Source of the DNA: Schmidtea nova
Taxonomy: Eukaryota
Assembly (NCBI GenBank): GCA_044892505.1
Contig: CM097883.1
Location: 42,036,001 to 42,100,000 of the forward strand
Direction of reading: 5' to 3'
Length of the DNA: 64,000 bases
Positions 24,043-36,000 of the stretch are shown here, piece after piece. Positions within the stretch are counted from its first letter, which is position 1; every line of letters begins with the position of its first letter. The notes under the pieces are model-generated. The model searched no databases. It was not told the origin of the DNA and saw nothing but the letters and a program-made list of their open reading frames with translations. The translations under genes were made by a program, and so were the position numbers.

Positions 24043-26694
24043 TTACTTAAAAGATGGCTCATATGTGATTTGTAAAATAATAAAGTTTTAAGTGAACATT
24101 TTAAACTAAATGACTGGCCTATCAATACCCTTGTATCAAGAAAAAGTTCGCCCAACTAAGGATAAAAATCAATTACAATTTTTAATTTTTAAATATATTT
24201 TAAGAAATATTATTTTTATGTATCTTTTATTAAAATTGAAAAAATTATTCATAAAAATATGGTTGATAATACCCTCGTTCTGGTGCTTTATTTGTGAATA
24301 ACTATAGTTTACAGACATCGCACAATCATTGAACATGTTACTCAGTAAATTACTTCTCCGCATCCATATCCGGTAATTGTGAAATAAACGTAATTTATTA
24401 AACAGTACTTTCTACTCAGCTCTACGAGGAGATGCCCCAATGTCACGGCGAGTGACAAGCACTCATGTTCACATCGAATCACAACTATCAACCACATTTA
24501 TCATGTTTCTTATATATATAAATGCGAATATTGCGCTTTGATAACTGAAAATAATGATTTGCATCATCCTTTTGAGAAATTGAATTTCTGAAAATAAGCT
24601 TTTCTTAACAGGTTCACTTCTAGACGAAATTCAAATAAATGATTGAAATAAATATTATAAATAAAAATACAAGAATAAATTTGTATATATTTCGTTTTTT
24701 TATTCGTTCTACTGATTAATTAATTAGTAGTATTGACTTTATTTAATTTCCACCTGACAGCTTTTAATTACTTCCGATGATGGCGAAAAAGAAAATGCAA
24801 AATTGAGAATGAACATATGCGCTCTTCAGGGCCACAATTTATTATTGGAAAATGTTCTAAAAGATTTTAGATTATGAAAGAAATTGATTTAAAAAAGAAA
24901 ACAACCGAAAAAATGACAAAAAGATATTTAAAAAGAGATTGAAAAGTTACAAACACAGATCCAAAAAACAGAGAAAAGATTTGCGAATGATAAATGGTCT
25001 TTGTTAGGATCACAATTGATGATTGTGTACAAAAATTGTGCAATCAATTAAAACTAAGAATGTTTTTTTAAGTTAGTTTGTATATTTTATTTTATTTTTT
25101 ATATCGATTTCTTTCATCATATAAGTTATGTTAAGAATTACAAAATCTAAATCTTTATACATAGATATTTTAAATAATTTGTTGTTTGAATAATTGTTTT
25201 TTAGTGAATAAATATTTAAATTTAAAGTTAGTTCTTTTTTTGATATAAGGATGAATGATTTAGAAAACTCCATAACTGGTGACCACTCCGAAAATATTGA
25301 TTCAGTATCTAAAGGATAAACTAAATGTTTCTAGAATCACTGTCGAAACAAGCTCGTAGCATGCTTGACTTCAATGTGCGTAAATACGATGGAATAAGTA
25401 CTACAGAAGCAGAAAAGTGGCTGCAAGACATTATTGATCGGCTGCAAATAGAAAACCAGAGCCTGAAAAGTACTTTAGATATTTTATTGAAGGACGAAAC
25501 TTTTATTTTATGAAAATCTGTTAAAGACAGTTGTACAACAGACGATAAAGCAAAAAACTGGTTTATTGACGTCTTTACCATTAAGAAGGACTTAACAAAA
25601 CAAATAATGGATTTGGGTTCAATTCGACAAAGCCCTAACGAGAGATTTGCAACTTTTGAGATAAGAGTGCGCAATCTTGTCAAAGCAGTTTTTAATTCTG
25701 GAATGACTGAAGAAGATATTGTTCGTGATGTCAAATCCCATAAAGTGCGTGAAGATAGAAATAAAGATGTCTGCTTGTATCTTTTCAATCTCTTTTTGAA
25801 TCTCTTTTTGTCACCTTTTCGGTTGTTTTCGCTTTTAAATCGATTTCTTTCATCATCTAAAATTTTTTAGAACACTTTTTCGAATCATAAATTGTGGCCC
25901 TGAAGAGCGCATATGTTCATTCTCAATTTTGTATTTTCTTTTTCGCCATCATCGGAAGTAATTAAAAGCTGTCAGATGGAAATTAAATAAATTCAATACT
26001 ACTAATTAATTAATCAGTAGAAAGAATTAAAAAACAAAATATATACCAATTTATGCTTGTATTTTTATTTATAATATTTATTTCAATCATTTATTTGAAT
26101 TTCGTCTAGAAGCGAACCTGTTAAGAAAAGCTTATTTTCAGAAATTCAATTTCTCAAAAGGATGATGCAAATCATTATTTTCAGTTATCAAAGCGCAATA
26201 TTCGCATTTATATATATAAGAAACATGATAAATGTGGTTGATAGTTGTGATTCGATGTGAACATGAGTGCTTGTCACTCGCCATGACATTGGGGCATCTC
26301 CTCGTAGAGCTGAGTAGAAAGTACTGTTTAATAAATTACGTTTATTTCACAATTACCGGATATGGATGCGGAGAAGTAATTTACTGAGTAACATGTTCAA
26401 TGATTGTGCGATGTCTGTAAACTATAGTTATTCACAAATAAAGCACCAGAACGAGGGTATTATCAACCATATTTTTATTGTAATTTTGAATAATTTTTTC
26501 AATTTTAATAAAAGATTAATAAAAAGAATATTTCTTAAAATATATTTAAAATTAAAAATTGTAACTGATTTTTATCCTTAGATGGGCGAATTTTTTCTTG
26601 AGACAAGGGTATTGATAGGTCAGTCATTTAGATACAAATGTTCTCTTAAAAGTTTTTTATTTTACTAATCACATAAGAGCCATATTTTTAGGTT
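24043..26694. repeat. Foldback structure: inverted arms of about 920 bp (24043-24958 / 25768-26694) built on module A, with a spacer of about 810 bp
   Basis: Continuous reverse-complement match including atcggaagtaattaaaagctgtcag and tgtggccctgaagagcgcatatg. The same 64/71-aa spurious ORF appears on opposite strands. Confidence 0.92.
25325..25740 (+). pseudogene. Ty3/gypsy gag fragment with one in-frame TGA (25511-25513)
   Basis: ORFs 25325 and 25607 are in the same frame. FNVRKYDGISTTEAEKWLQDI and IRQSPNERFATFEIRVRNLV are retrotransposon-gag motifs. Confidence 0.75.
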
Positions 26695-26735
26695 AGGAAA
26701 TAAGAATAAGTCTCACAGAGTCTGATCTGGAAAAT

Positions 26736-27754
26736 GGTGATCTAGCACAGAATTGGTGACAAATGAAATTATGACGGAAACAGAGTTAGAAAGTGTACAG
26801 TTAGATTCGAAATGAAAAATGTGCAAATTTGAGAAAGAATGAATAGATAGTTAATTTATCCATAGTGAATGTTGAAAACGGGACAGGTATAGATTAGCAA
26901 ATGGCGAAGAACGTGGTGATTATGAATCGGTCAGAAAATGTTTAGAAAGATCGAAAAGCATGGAAGTGCGTAAAAACAGAAAATCATTATTAATTAATTA
27001 ATTGGCTAATGGATAACCAGAGCTAATGGGAAACATGAGAGAATGGAGAACCCGAGAGATGAAGGAAACTCGGGCTCAGCAAACAAGGAGAGTAAACAAA
27101 GTTGATTTCGGAAAGGTCATAATCTCGACATTATGAGTAATGGGAGTAAACAAAATTGGTTTTTACGAAAGGGTAACAGAATTAATATTAGTTAGTAACT
27201 AATTAATATTAGTTCTTAGATGACATTTAAGAAAACCAATTGTCAACGCGTTGTCAGACAGAAGAGATTTAACCGAAACCTAATTAATCAAAATGAGTAT
27301 TTTAGTATATAAGGAAACTCAGAATATAAAATAATCCCCAATTTATATAAGTTAGAGAGAAGAAATAGAGATTAGATTGAAGGAAAGAGAATTAGAAGAA
27401 TTAGAAACGTTTATGGAAGCAGTTAATTTAAAGGAAATAGTTAAAGAAAACAGTAGAGAAATTGAAGAGTTAAATTCAAGGAATTTTAAAATATTAGAGA
27501 AAAGGAGTTCAATCAAGAGGAAACCAGTGTATAAGGTGATTATTATTATAAAGCGCACGAGATCAAAATATCCCACAAAGGAACTCGATCAAGTAATTGA
27601 GACTTTCTATCATAGGTGTGTAATTTTTGAACTGTAAAAAGATTATATTGATTTAAAATAAATATACGTTTGGAGTGTTATTAGTTGCTGATTTACAGAG
27701 CGCGAGGAGACAGAGATAGCGACGATTATTTTATGATTTAATTAAAACCCAACA
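26736..27754 (+). mobile_element. 5'-truncated gypsy LTR of array unit 1 (repeated in units 2-4)
   Basis: Ends aaaacccaaca directly before a PBS. Shares gctaatggg repeats and the aaataaa...gaggag-cag...cccaaca 3' end with the solo LTRs at 50451 and 58773. Confidence 0.8.
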
Positions 27755-27762
27755 TATATTTT

Positions 27763-27780
27763 TGGTGAGGCCGACGTGAT
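27763..27780 (+). promoter_or_regulatory. Primer-binding site, tRNA-Trp type (also at 31840, 35917, 39982)
   Basis: tggtgaggccgacgtgat is an 18-nt TGG-start motif 8 bp after the LTR end. It differs at 2 positions from the canonical animal tRNA-Trp PBS tggtgaccccgacgtgat. Confidence 0.85.
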
Positions 27781-27799
27781 CTAAAGTCGGCGGAGAATT

Positions 27800-29255
27800 A
27801 ATGAAAATATTTTGGTAAAGGAATATTAAAAAAGAAATGTGAAGAAAAAGTTGAAACTTTCAAAGTTATTGAAAATTATGGAAAAGTGATTGATTTATCA
27901 AATAGTTAAAAATTACCGGTGACTCAATATGGAGCAGATCTGGTAGAGGTTGCTTATTTTTTAGGTGATTATTATATGTACGCTTCTACCTATGGATGGT
28001 CTCAAGCCATTATGATTCAAGAATTTTCAATAATAACTAAAAAGAGCTACAAATGAAGCTTGGCAGCAAGTTGATAAGAAGACCGTTGGAAATAATTGTG
28101 CCAAATAAAAAGATGCAGTGGCGATGAAATTGGTTGGATGAGATATTAAAAGAATAATGCGGCAAAGGTTTACAATCGCCTATCATTTAACCACTTTAAC
28201 AGATAAAACTTTCGAAGCAAAGGCTGAGCAAGTTGAAATGGTAAAATAAGTTAAAGAATTGCTTCAAGATCAGTTTTTAACGGCAGCTCGTCCTGAAATA
28301 AAAAGATTTCTAGTGTTACGTGGATATTTCGAATTTTAATGAATTGGCGAAGAAAGAAATTAAGATAGAATTAAATTTAAAGCACCCGAAAGTCATGTAT
28401 ACCGCCGTCAATGCCGAGAAACGAGAAAGGTCAATAACTCCAGTAAAGAAAGAATGGGAATCAAAGAATCCAATCCATCCAAACCGCTCTCCAAGATTAT
28501 GTAATAAATTTGAAGTTAATAAAGCAACCTTTAGTAGTCAGATCAACAAGAGATCGAATATTATTGTATGCGAGTATTGCAAGAAGGTCGGACATTATTC
28601 AAGTTAATGTTGGTTCATAAATGCCAGAAATGTTAGTCCTAAAAGAAAATATATGGAAAACAAGCCAAACAATGGTGACATCAAATGCAGTCGATGTAGA
28701 AAAATTGGCCTTATTAGCAGAAAATTTTTTTTCACCATCCACATCTCCGTCATCGAAACGGGATAAAGTGAATGCCAATGGACAAATTCAATGCCATTCA
28801 TGCAAAAGTTACAGTCACATATATCGATCTTGCTCAAGAAATTCAGATAGATTTGGAAGCCCAATTCTAAAGAAAACAATTAGATTTCAAGACGAATCGT
28901 CCAATTCCAATGTAGCTTATGCTGAAAAAGACGAGTTTAAAGAAAAAATGGAAAATGAATTTCGGGAAATGAGACAGAAATTAAACAAGTTGATGTTGAA
29001 ATTCGAATCAGATGATGATGCAGACTCCTTTACGGTATATGAAAATGTATTAGAAGTGAAAGGAAACTTGCTAATAAAGTAAAAATGACTTGTTGAACGA
29101 AAAGACTACGTTGTTGATAAAGAAAGTGGAAGGATAGCTAGCAAGGATGAAAAAAAAACAATCTTCGATTGAAGGAGTGGATGACAGAGCTAAGCCGAAT
29201 GCCACTCAATGAAAGAAAATTGAAAAGTATATTTACCTTATGTGCTAAGTCCTAC
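27800..29255 (+). pseudogene. Decayed gypsy gag with two CCHC zinc knuckles (unit 1; identical copies at +4077 and +8154)
   Basis: QDQFLTAARPEIKRFL, CEYCKKVGHYSS*C and CHSCKSYSHIYRSC, with several stops and frameshifts. Confidence 0.82.
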
Positions 29256-30069
29256 AAAGGTTGGAAAATGTAAAATTTACAATAGATAAATAAGTACAAA
29301 AGATTAATTAAAAATTGATATTTCGTGAATGAAATTGGTATTTACAGGCGGCAAATGGAGAAACGAGTAGGAATATGATAAAAAATATCAATGTTATTTG
29401 CATTTTCCGTGTCGATTTATCGTAAAATTCCTTTACTAGAGCACGTACTATTCTCTCAGTTTTATTTAAGCTATTCTGATCTCTTTCCTCTTGAAGTCTT
29501 TGTTCCATTTCACATCTTATTTCATTGACACTTTAAACTTGAATTCTTCCGAAATTTCATGACTTTTATTATATCTGCATTAACAGTATAGTACAACAAA
29601 AGCTCGATGAAAAATAAGAATTTTTTTAAAGAAAAACTTACGTTAATCTATGTTTTGGGTATGGCATACACACGCACCACGAATGCTCTTGTAGTAACAA
29701 TATGAATAAGAAAGAAGCACAAGTATAACAATTATTTCTTAATTTCTTTTACTGAACTACTCTTTACATCATCAGAGACACACACACGAACTTTTAGACA
29801 CTGCTGATTCAATTTTTACTAACAATTCGATTTTACAGAAAATTCTACAAAAAGTTTATGAAGTCATTTTGTAAGCTTTTTGAAAATAATTGCCTTGAAG
29901 ACGTTAAATATTTTTTTTTCCAATTAGTTCATTGAAATCTATGTAAGTGTCCAATGAAAATTGTTTTTCATAAATCCCTTTCCAAATAAGTACCAAATCA
30001 CAATAATAGCACTATTTTGTTTGACAATTTAATATTCTTAACATTTACACTCTGATTGTAAACATCAAG
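29256..30069 (+). repeat. Module B (local repeat; also in units 2-3, at 48470-49275 minus, 55518-56335 plus, diverged at 49752-50340 and 54820-55050)
   Basis: Near-identical copies share the 66-aa MEQRLQEERDQ ORF and are always joined to the 5' end of module A. Confidence 0.9.
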
Positions 30070-33000
30070 TCAATACTACTAATTAATTAATCAGTAGAAC
30101 GAATTAAAAAACAAAATATATACAAATTTATGCTTGTATTTTTATTTATAATATTTATTTCAATCATTTATTTGAATTTCGTCTAGAAGTGAACCTGTTA
30201 AGAAAAGCTTATTTTCAGAAATTCAATTTCTCAAAAGGATGATGCAAATCATTATTTTCAGTTATCATAGCGCAATATTCGCATTTATATATATAAGAAA
30301 CATGATAAATGTGGTTGATAGTTGTGATTCGATGTGAACATGAGTGCTTGTCACTCGCCATGACATTGGGGCATCTCCTCGTAGAGCTGAGTAGAAAGTA
30401 CTGTTTAATAAATTACGTTTATTTCACAATTACCGGATATGGATGCGGAGAAGTAATTTACTGAGTAACATGTTCAATGATTGTGCGATGTCTGTAAACT
30501 ATAGTTATTCACAAATAAAGCACCAGAACGAGGGTATTATCAACCATATTTTTATTGTAATTTTGAATAATTTTTTCAATTTTAATAAAAGATTAATAAA
30601 AAGAATATTTCTTAAAATATATTTAAAATTAAAAATTGTAACTGATTTTTATCCTTAGATGGGCGAATTTTTTCTTGAGACAAGGGTATTGATAGGTCAG
30701 TCATTTAGATACAAATGTTCTCTTAAAAGTTTTTTATTTTACTAATCACATAAGAGCCATATTTTTAGGTTAGGAAATAAGAATAAGTCTCACAGAGTCT
30801 GATCTGGAAAATGGTGATCTAGCACAGAATTGGTGACAAATGAAATTATGACGGAAACAGAGTTAGAAAGTGTACAGTTAGATTCGAAATGAAAAATGTG
30901 CAAATTTGAGAAAGAATGAATAGATAGTTAATTTATCCATAGTGAATGTTGAAAACGGGACAGGTATAGATTAGCAAATGGCGAAGAACGTGGTGATTAT
31001 GAATCGGTCAGAAAATGTTTAGAAAGATCGAAAAGCATGGAAGTGCGTAAAAACAGAAAATCATTATTAATTAATTAATTGGCTAATGGATAACCAGAGC
31101 TAATGGGAAACATGAGAGAATGGAGAACCCGAGAGATGAAGGAAACTCGGGCTCAGCAAACAAGGAGAGTAAACAAAGTTGATTTCGGAAAGGTCATAAT
31201 CTCGACATTATGAGTAATGGGAGTAAACAAAATTGGTTTTTACGAAAGGGTAACAGAATTAATATTAGTTAGTAACTAATTAATATTAGTTCTTAGATGA
31301 CATTTAAGAAAACCAATTGTCAACGCGTTGTCAGACAGAAGAGATTTAACCGAAACCTAATTAATCAAAATGAGTATTTTAGTATATAAGGAAACTCAGA
31401 ATATAAAATAATCCCCAATTTATATAAGTTAGAGAGAAGAAATAGAGATTAGATTGAAGGAAAGAGAATTAGAAGAATTAGAAACGTTTATGGAAGCAGT
31501 TAATTTAAAGGAAATAGTTAAAGAAAACAGTAGAGAAATTGAAGAGTTAAATTCAAGGAATTTTAAAATATTAGAGAAAAGGAGTTCAATCAAGAGGAAA
31601 CCAGTGTATAAGGTGATTATTATTATAAAGCGCACGAGATCAAAATATCCCACAAAGGAACTCGATCAAGTAATTGAGACTTTCTATCATAGGTGTGTAA
31701 TTTTTGAACTGTAAAAAGATTATATTGATTTAAAATAAATATACGTTTGGAGTGTTATTAGTTGCTGATTTACAGAGCGCGAGGAGACAGAGATAGCGAC
31801 GATTATTTTATGATTTAATTAAAACCCAACATATATTTTTGGTGAGGCCGACGTGATCTAAAGTCGGCGGAGAATTAATGAAAATATTTTGGTAAAGGAA
31901 TATTAAAAAAGAAATGTGAAGAAAAAGTTGAAACTTTCAAAGTTATTGAAAATTATGGAAAAGTGATTGATTTATCAAATAGTTAAAAATTACCGGTGAC
32001 TCAATATGGAGCAGATCTGGTAGAGGTTGCTTATTTTTTAGGTGATTATTATATGTACGCTTCTACCTATGGATGGTCTCAAGCCATTATGATTCAAGAA
32101 TTTTCAATAATAACTAAAAAGAGCTACAAATGAAGCTTGGCAGCAAGTTGATAAGAAGACCGTTGGAAATAATTGTGCCAAATAAAAAGATGCAGTGGCG
32201 ATGAAATTGGTTGGATGAGATATTAAAAGAATAATGCGGCAAAGGTTTACAATCGCCTATCATTTAACCACTTTAACAGATAAAACTTTCGAAGCAAAGG
32301 CTGAGCAAGTTGAAATGGTAAAATAAGTTAAAGAATTGCTTCAAGATCAGTTTTTAACGGCAGCTCGTCCTGAAATAAAAAGATTTCTAGTGTTACGTGG
32401 ATATTTCGAATTTTAATGAATTGGCGAAGAAAGAAATTAAGATAGAATTAAATTTAAAGCACCCGAAAGTCATGTATACCGCCGTCAATGCCGAGAAACG
32501 AGAAAGGTCAATAACTCCAGTAAAGAAAGAATGGGAATCAAAGAATCCAATCCATCCAAACCGCTCTCCAAGATTATGTAATAAATTTGAAGTTAATAAA
32601 GCAACCTTTAGTAGTCAGATCAACAAGAGATCGAATATTATTGTATGCGAGTATTGCAAGAAGGTCGGACATTATTCAAGTTAATGTTGGTTCATAAATG
32701 CCAGAAATGTTAGTCCTAAAAGAAAATATATGGAAAACAAGCCAAACAATGGTGACATCAAATGCAGTCGATGTAGAAAAATTGGCCTTATTAGCAGAAA
32801 ATTTTTTTTCACCATCCACATCTCCGTCATCGAAACGGGATAAAGTGAATGCCAATGGACAAATTCAATGCCATTCATGCAAAAGTTACAGTCACATATA
32901 TCGATCTTGCTCAAGAAATTCAGATAGATTTGGAAGCCCAATTCTAAAGAAAACAATTAGATTTCAAGACGAATCGTCCAATTCCAATGTAGCTTATGCT

Positions 33001-36000
33001 GAAAAAGACGAGTTTAAAGAAAAAATGGAAAATGAATTTCGGGAAATGAGACAGAAATTAAACAAGTTGATGTTGAAATTCGAATCAGATGATGATGCAG
33101 ACTCCTTTACGGTATATGAAAATGTATTAGAAGTGAAAGGAAACTTGCTAATAAAGTAAAAATGACTTGTTGAACGAAAAGACTACGTTGTTGATAAAGA
33201 AAGTGGAAGGATAGCTAGCAAGGATGAAAAAAAAACAATCTTCGATTGAAGGAGTGGATGACAGAGCTAAGCCGAATGCCACTCAATGAAAGAAAATTGA
33301 AAAGTATATTTACCTTATGTGCTAAGTCCTACAAAGGTTGGAAAATGTAAAATTTACAATAGATAAATAAGTACAAAAGATTAATTAAAAATTGATATTT
33401 CGTGAATGAAATTGGTATTTACAGGCGGCAAATGGAGAAACGAGTAGGAATATGATAAAAAATATCAATGTTATTTGCATTTTCCGTGTCGATTTATCGT
33501 AAAATTCCTTTACTAGAGCACGTACTATTCTCTCAGTTTTATTTAAGCTATTCTGATCTCTTTCCTCTTGAAGTCTTTGTTCCATTTCACATCTTATTTC
33601 ATTGACACTTTAAACTTGAATTCTTCCGAAATTTCATGACTTTTATTATATCTGCATTAACAGTATAGTACAACAAAAGCTCGATGAAAAATAAGAATTT
33701 TTTTAAAGAAAAACTTACGTTAATCTATGTTTTGGGTATGGCATACACACGCACCACGAATGCTCTTGTAGTAACAATATGAATAAGAAAGAAGCACAAG
33801 TATAACAATTATTTCTTAATTTCTTTTACTGAACTACTCTTTACATCATCAGAGACACACACACGAACTTTTAGACACTGCTGATTCAATTTTTACTAAC
33901 AATTCGATTTTACAGAAAATTCTACAAAAAGTTTATGAAGTCATTTTGTAAGCTTTTTGAAAATAATTGCCTTGAAGACGTTAAATATTTTTTTTTCCAA
34001 TTAGTTCATTGAAATCTATGTAAGTGTCCAATGAAAATTGTTTTTCATAAATCCCTTTCCAAATAAGTACCAAATCACAATAATAGCACTATTTTGTTTG
34101 ACAATTTAATATTCTTAACATTTACACTCTGATTGTAAACATCAAGTCAATACTACTAATTAATTAATCAGTAGAACGAATTAAAAAACAAAATATATAC
34201 AAATTTATGCTTGTATTTTTATTTATAATATTTATTTCAATCATTTATTTGAATTTCGTCTAGAAGTGAACCTGTTAAGAAAAGCTTATTTTCAGAAATT
34301 CAATTTCTCAAAAGGATGATGCAAATCATTATTTTCAGTTATCATAGCGCAATATTCGCATTTATATATATAAGAAACATGATAAATGTGGTTGATAGTT
34401 GTGATTCGATGTGAACATGAGTGCTTGTCACTCGCCATGACATTGGGGCATCTCCTCGTAGAGCTGAGTAGAAAGTACTGTTTAATAAATTACGTTTATT
34501 TCACAATTACCGGATATGGATGCGGAGAAGTAATTTACTGAGTAACATGTTCAATGATTGTGCGATGTCTGTAAACTATAGTTATTCACAAATAAAGCAC
34601 CAGAACGAGGGTATTATCAACCATATTTTTATTGTAATTTTGAATAATTTTTTCAATTTTAATAAAAGATTAATAAAAAGAATATTTCTTAAAATATATT
34701 TAAAATTAAAAATTGTAACTGATTTTTATCCTTAGATGGGCGAATTTTTTCTTGAGACAAGGGTATTGATAGGTCAGTCATTTAGATACAAATGTTCTCT
34801 TAAAAGTTTTTTATTTTACTAATCACATAAGAGCCATATTTTTAGGTTAGGAAATAAGAATAAGTCTCACAGAGTCTGATCTGGAAAATGGTGATCTAGC
34901 ACAGAATTGGTGACAAATGAAATTATGACGGAAACAGAGTTAGAAAGTGTACAGTTAGATTCGAAATGAAAAATGTGCAAATTTGAGAAAGAATGAATAG
35001 ATAGTTAATTTATCCATAGTGAATGTTGAAAACGGGACAGGTATAGATTAGCAAATGGCGAAGAACGTGGTGATTATGAATCGGTCAGAAAATGTTTAGA
35101 AAGATCGAAAAGCATGGAAGTGCGTAAAAACAGAAAATCATTATTAATTAATTAATTGGCTAATGGATAACCAGAGCTAATGGGAAACATGAGAGAATGG
35201 AGAACCCGAGAGATGAAGGAAACTCGGGCTCAGCAAACAAGGAGAGTAAACAAAGTTGATTTCGGAAAGGTCATAATCTCGACATTATGAGTAATGGGAG
35301 TAAACAAAATTGGTTTTTACGAAAGGGTAACAGAATTAATATTAGTTAGTAACTAATTAATATTAGTTCTTAGATGACATTTAAGAAAACCAATTGTCAA
35401 CGCGTTGTCAGACAGAAGAGATTTAACCGAAACCTAATTAATCAAAATGAGTATTTTAGTATATAAGGAAACTCAGAATATAAAATAATCCCCAATTTAT
35501 ATAAGTTAGAGAGAAGAAATAGAGATTAGATTGAAGGAAAGAGAATTAGAAGAATTAGAAACGTTTATGGAAGCAGTTAATTTAAAGGAAATAGTTAAAG
35601 AAAACAGTAGAGAAATTGAAGAGTTAAATTCAAGGAATTTTAAAATATTAGAGAAAAGGAGTTCAATCAAGAGGAAACCAGTGTATAAGGTGATTATTAT
35701 TATAAAGCGCACGAGATCAAAATATCCCACAAAGGAACTCGATCAAGTAATTGAGACTTTCTATCATAGGTGTGTAATTTTTGAACTGTAAAAAGATTAT
35801 ATTGATTTAAAATAAATATACGTTTGGAGTGTTATTAGTTGCTGATTTACAGAGCGCGAGGAGACAGAGATAGCGACGATTATTTTATGATTTAATTAAA
35901 ACCCAACATATATTTTTGGTGAGGCCGACGTGATCTAAAGTCGGCGGAGAATTAATGAAAATATTTTGGTAAAGGAATATTAAAAAAGAAATGTGAAGAA

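Noticed and set aside
25277-25290. tggtgaccac as a PBS for the foldback gag
   Set aside because: Only 8 nt match a tRNA end and no LTR 3' end precedes it.
25321-25788. 155-aa minus-strand ORF
   Set aside because: It is the antisense shadow of the gag fragment. The same applies to 28604-28879 and its array copies, and to 13479-13661 against the transposase.
26736-26750. Canonical Helitron 3' end (hairpin plus CTAG) at the A/LTR junction
   Set aside because: A ctag is present but has no GC-rich hairpin upstream, and the 43888 copy lacks it.
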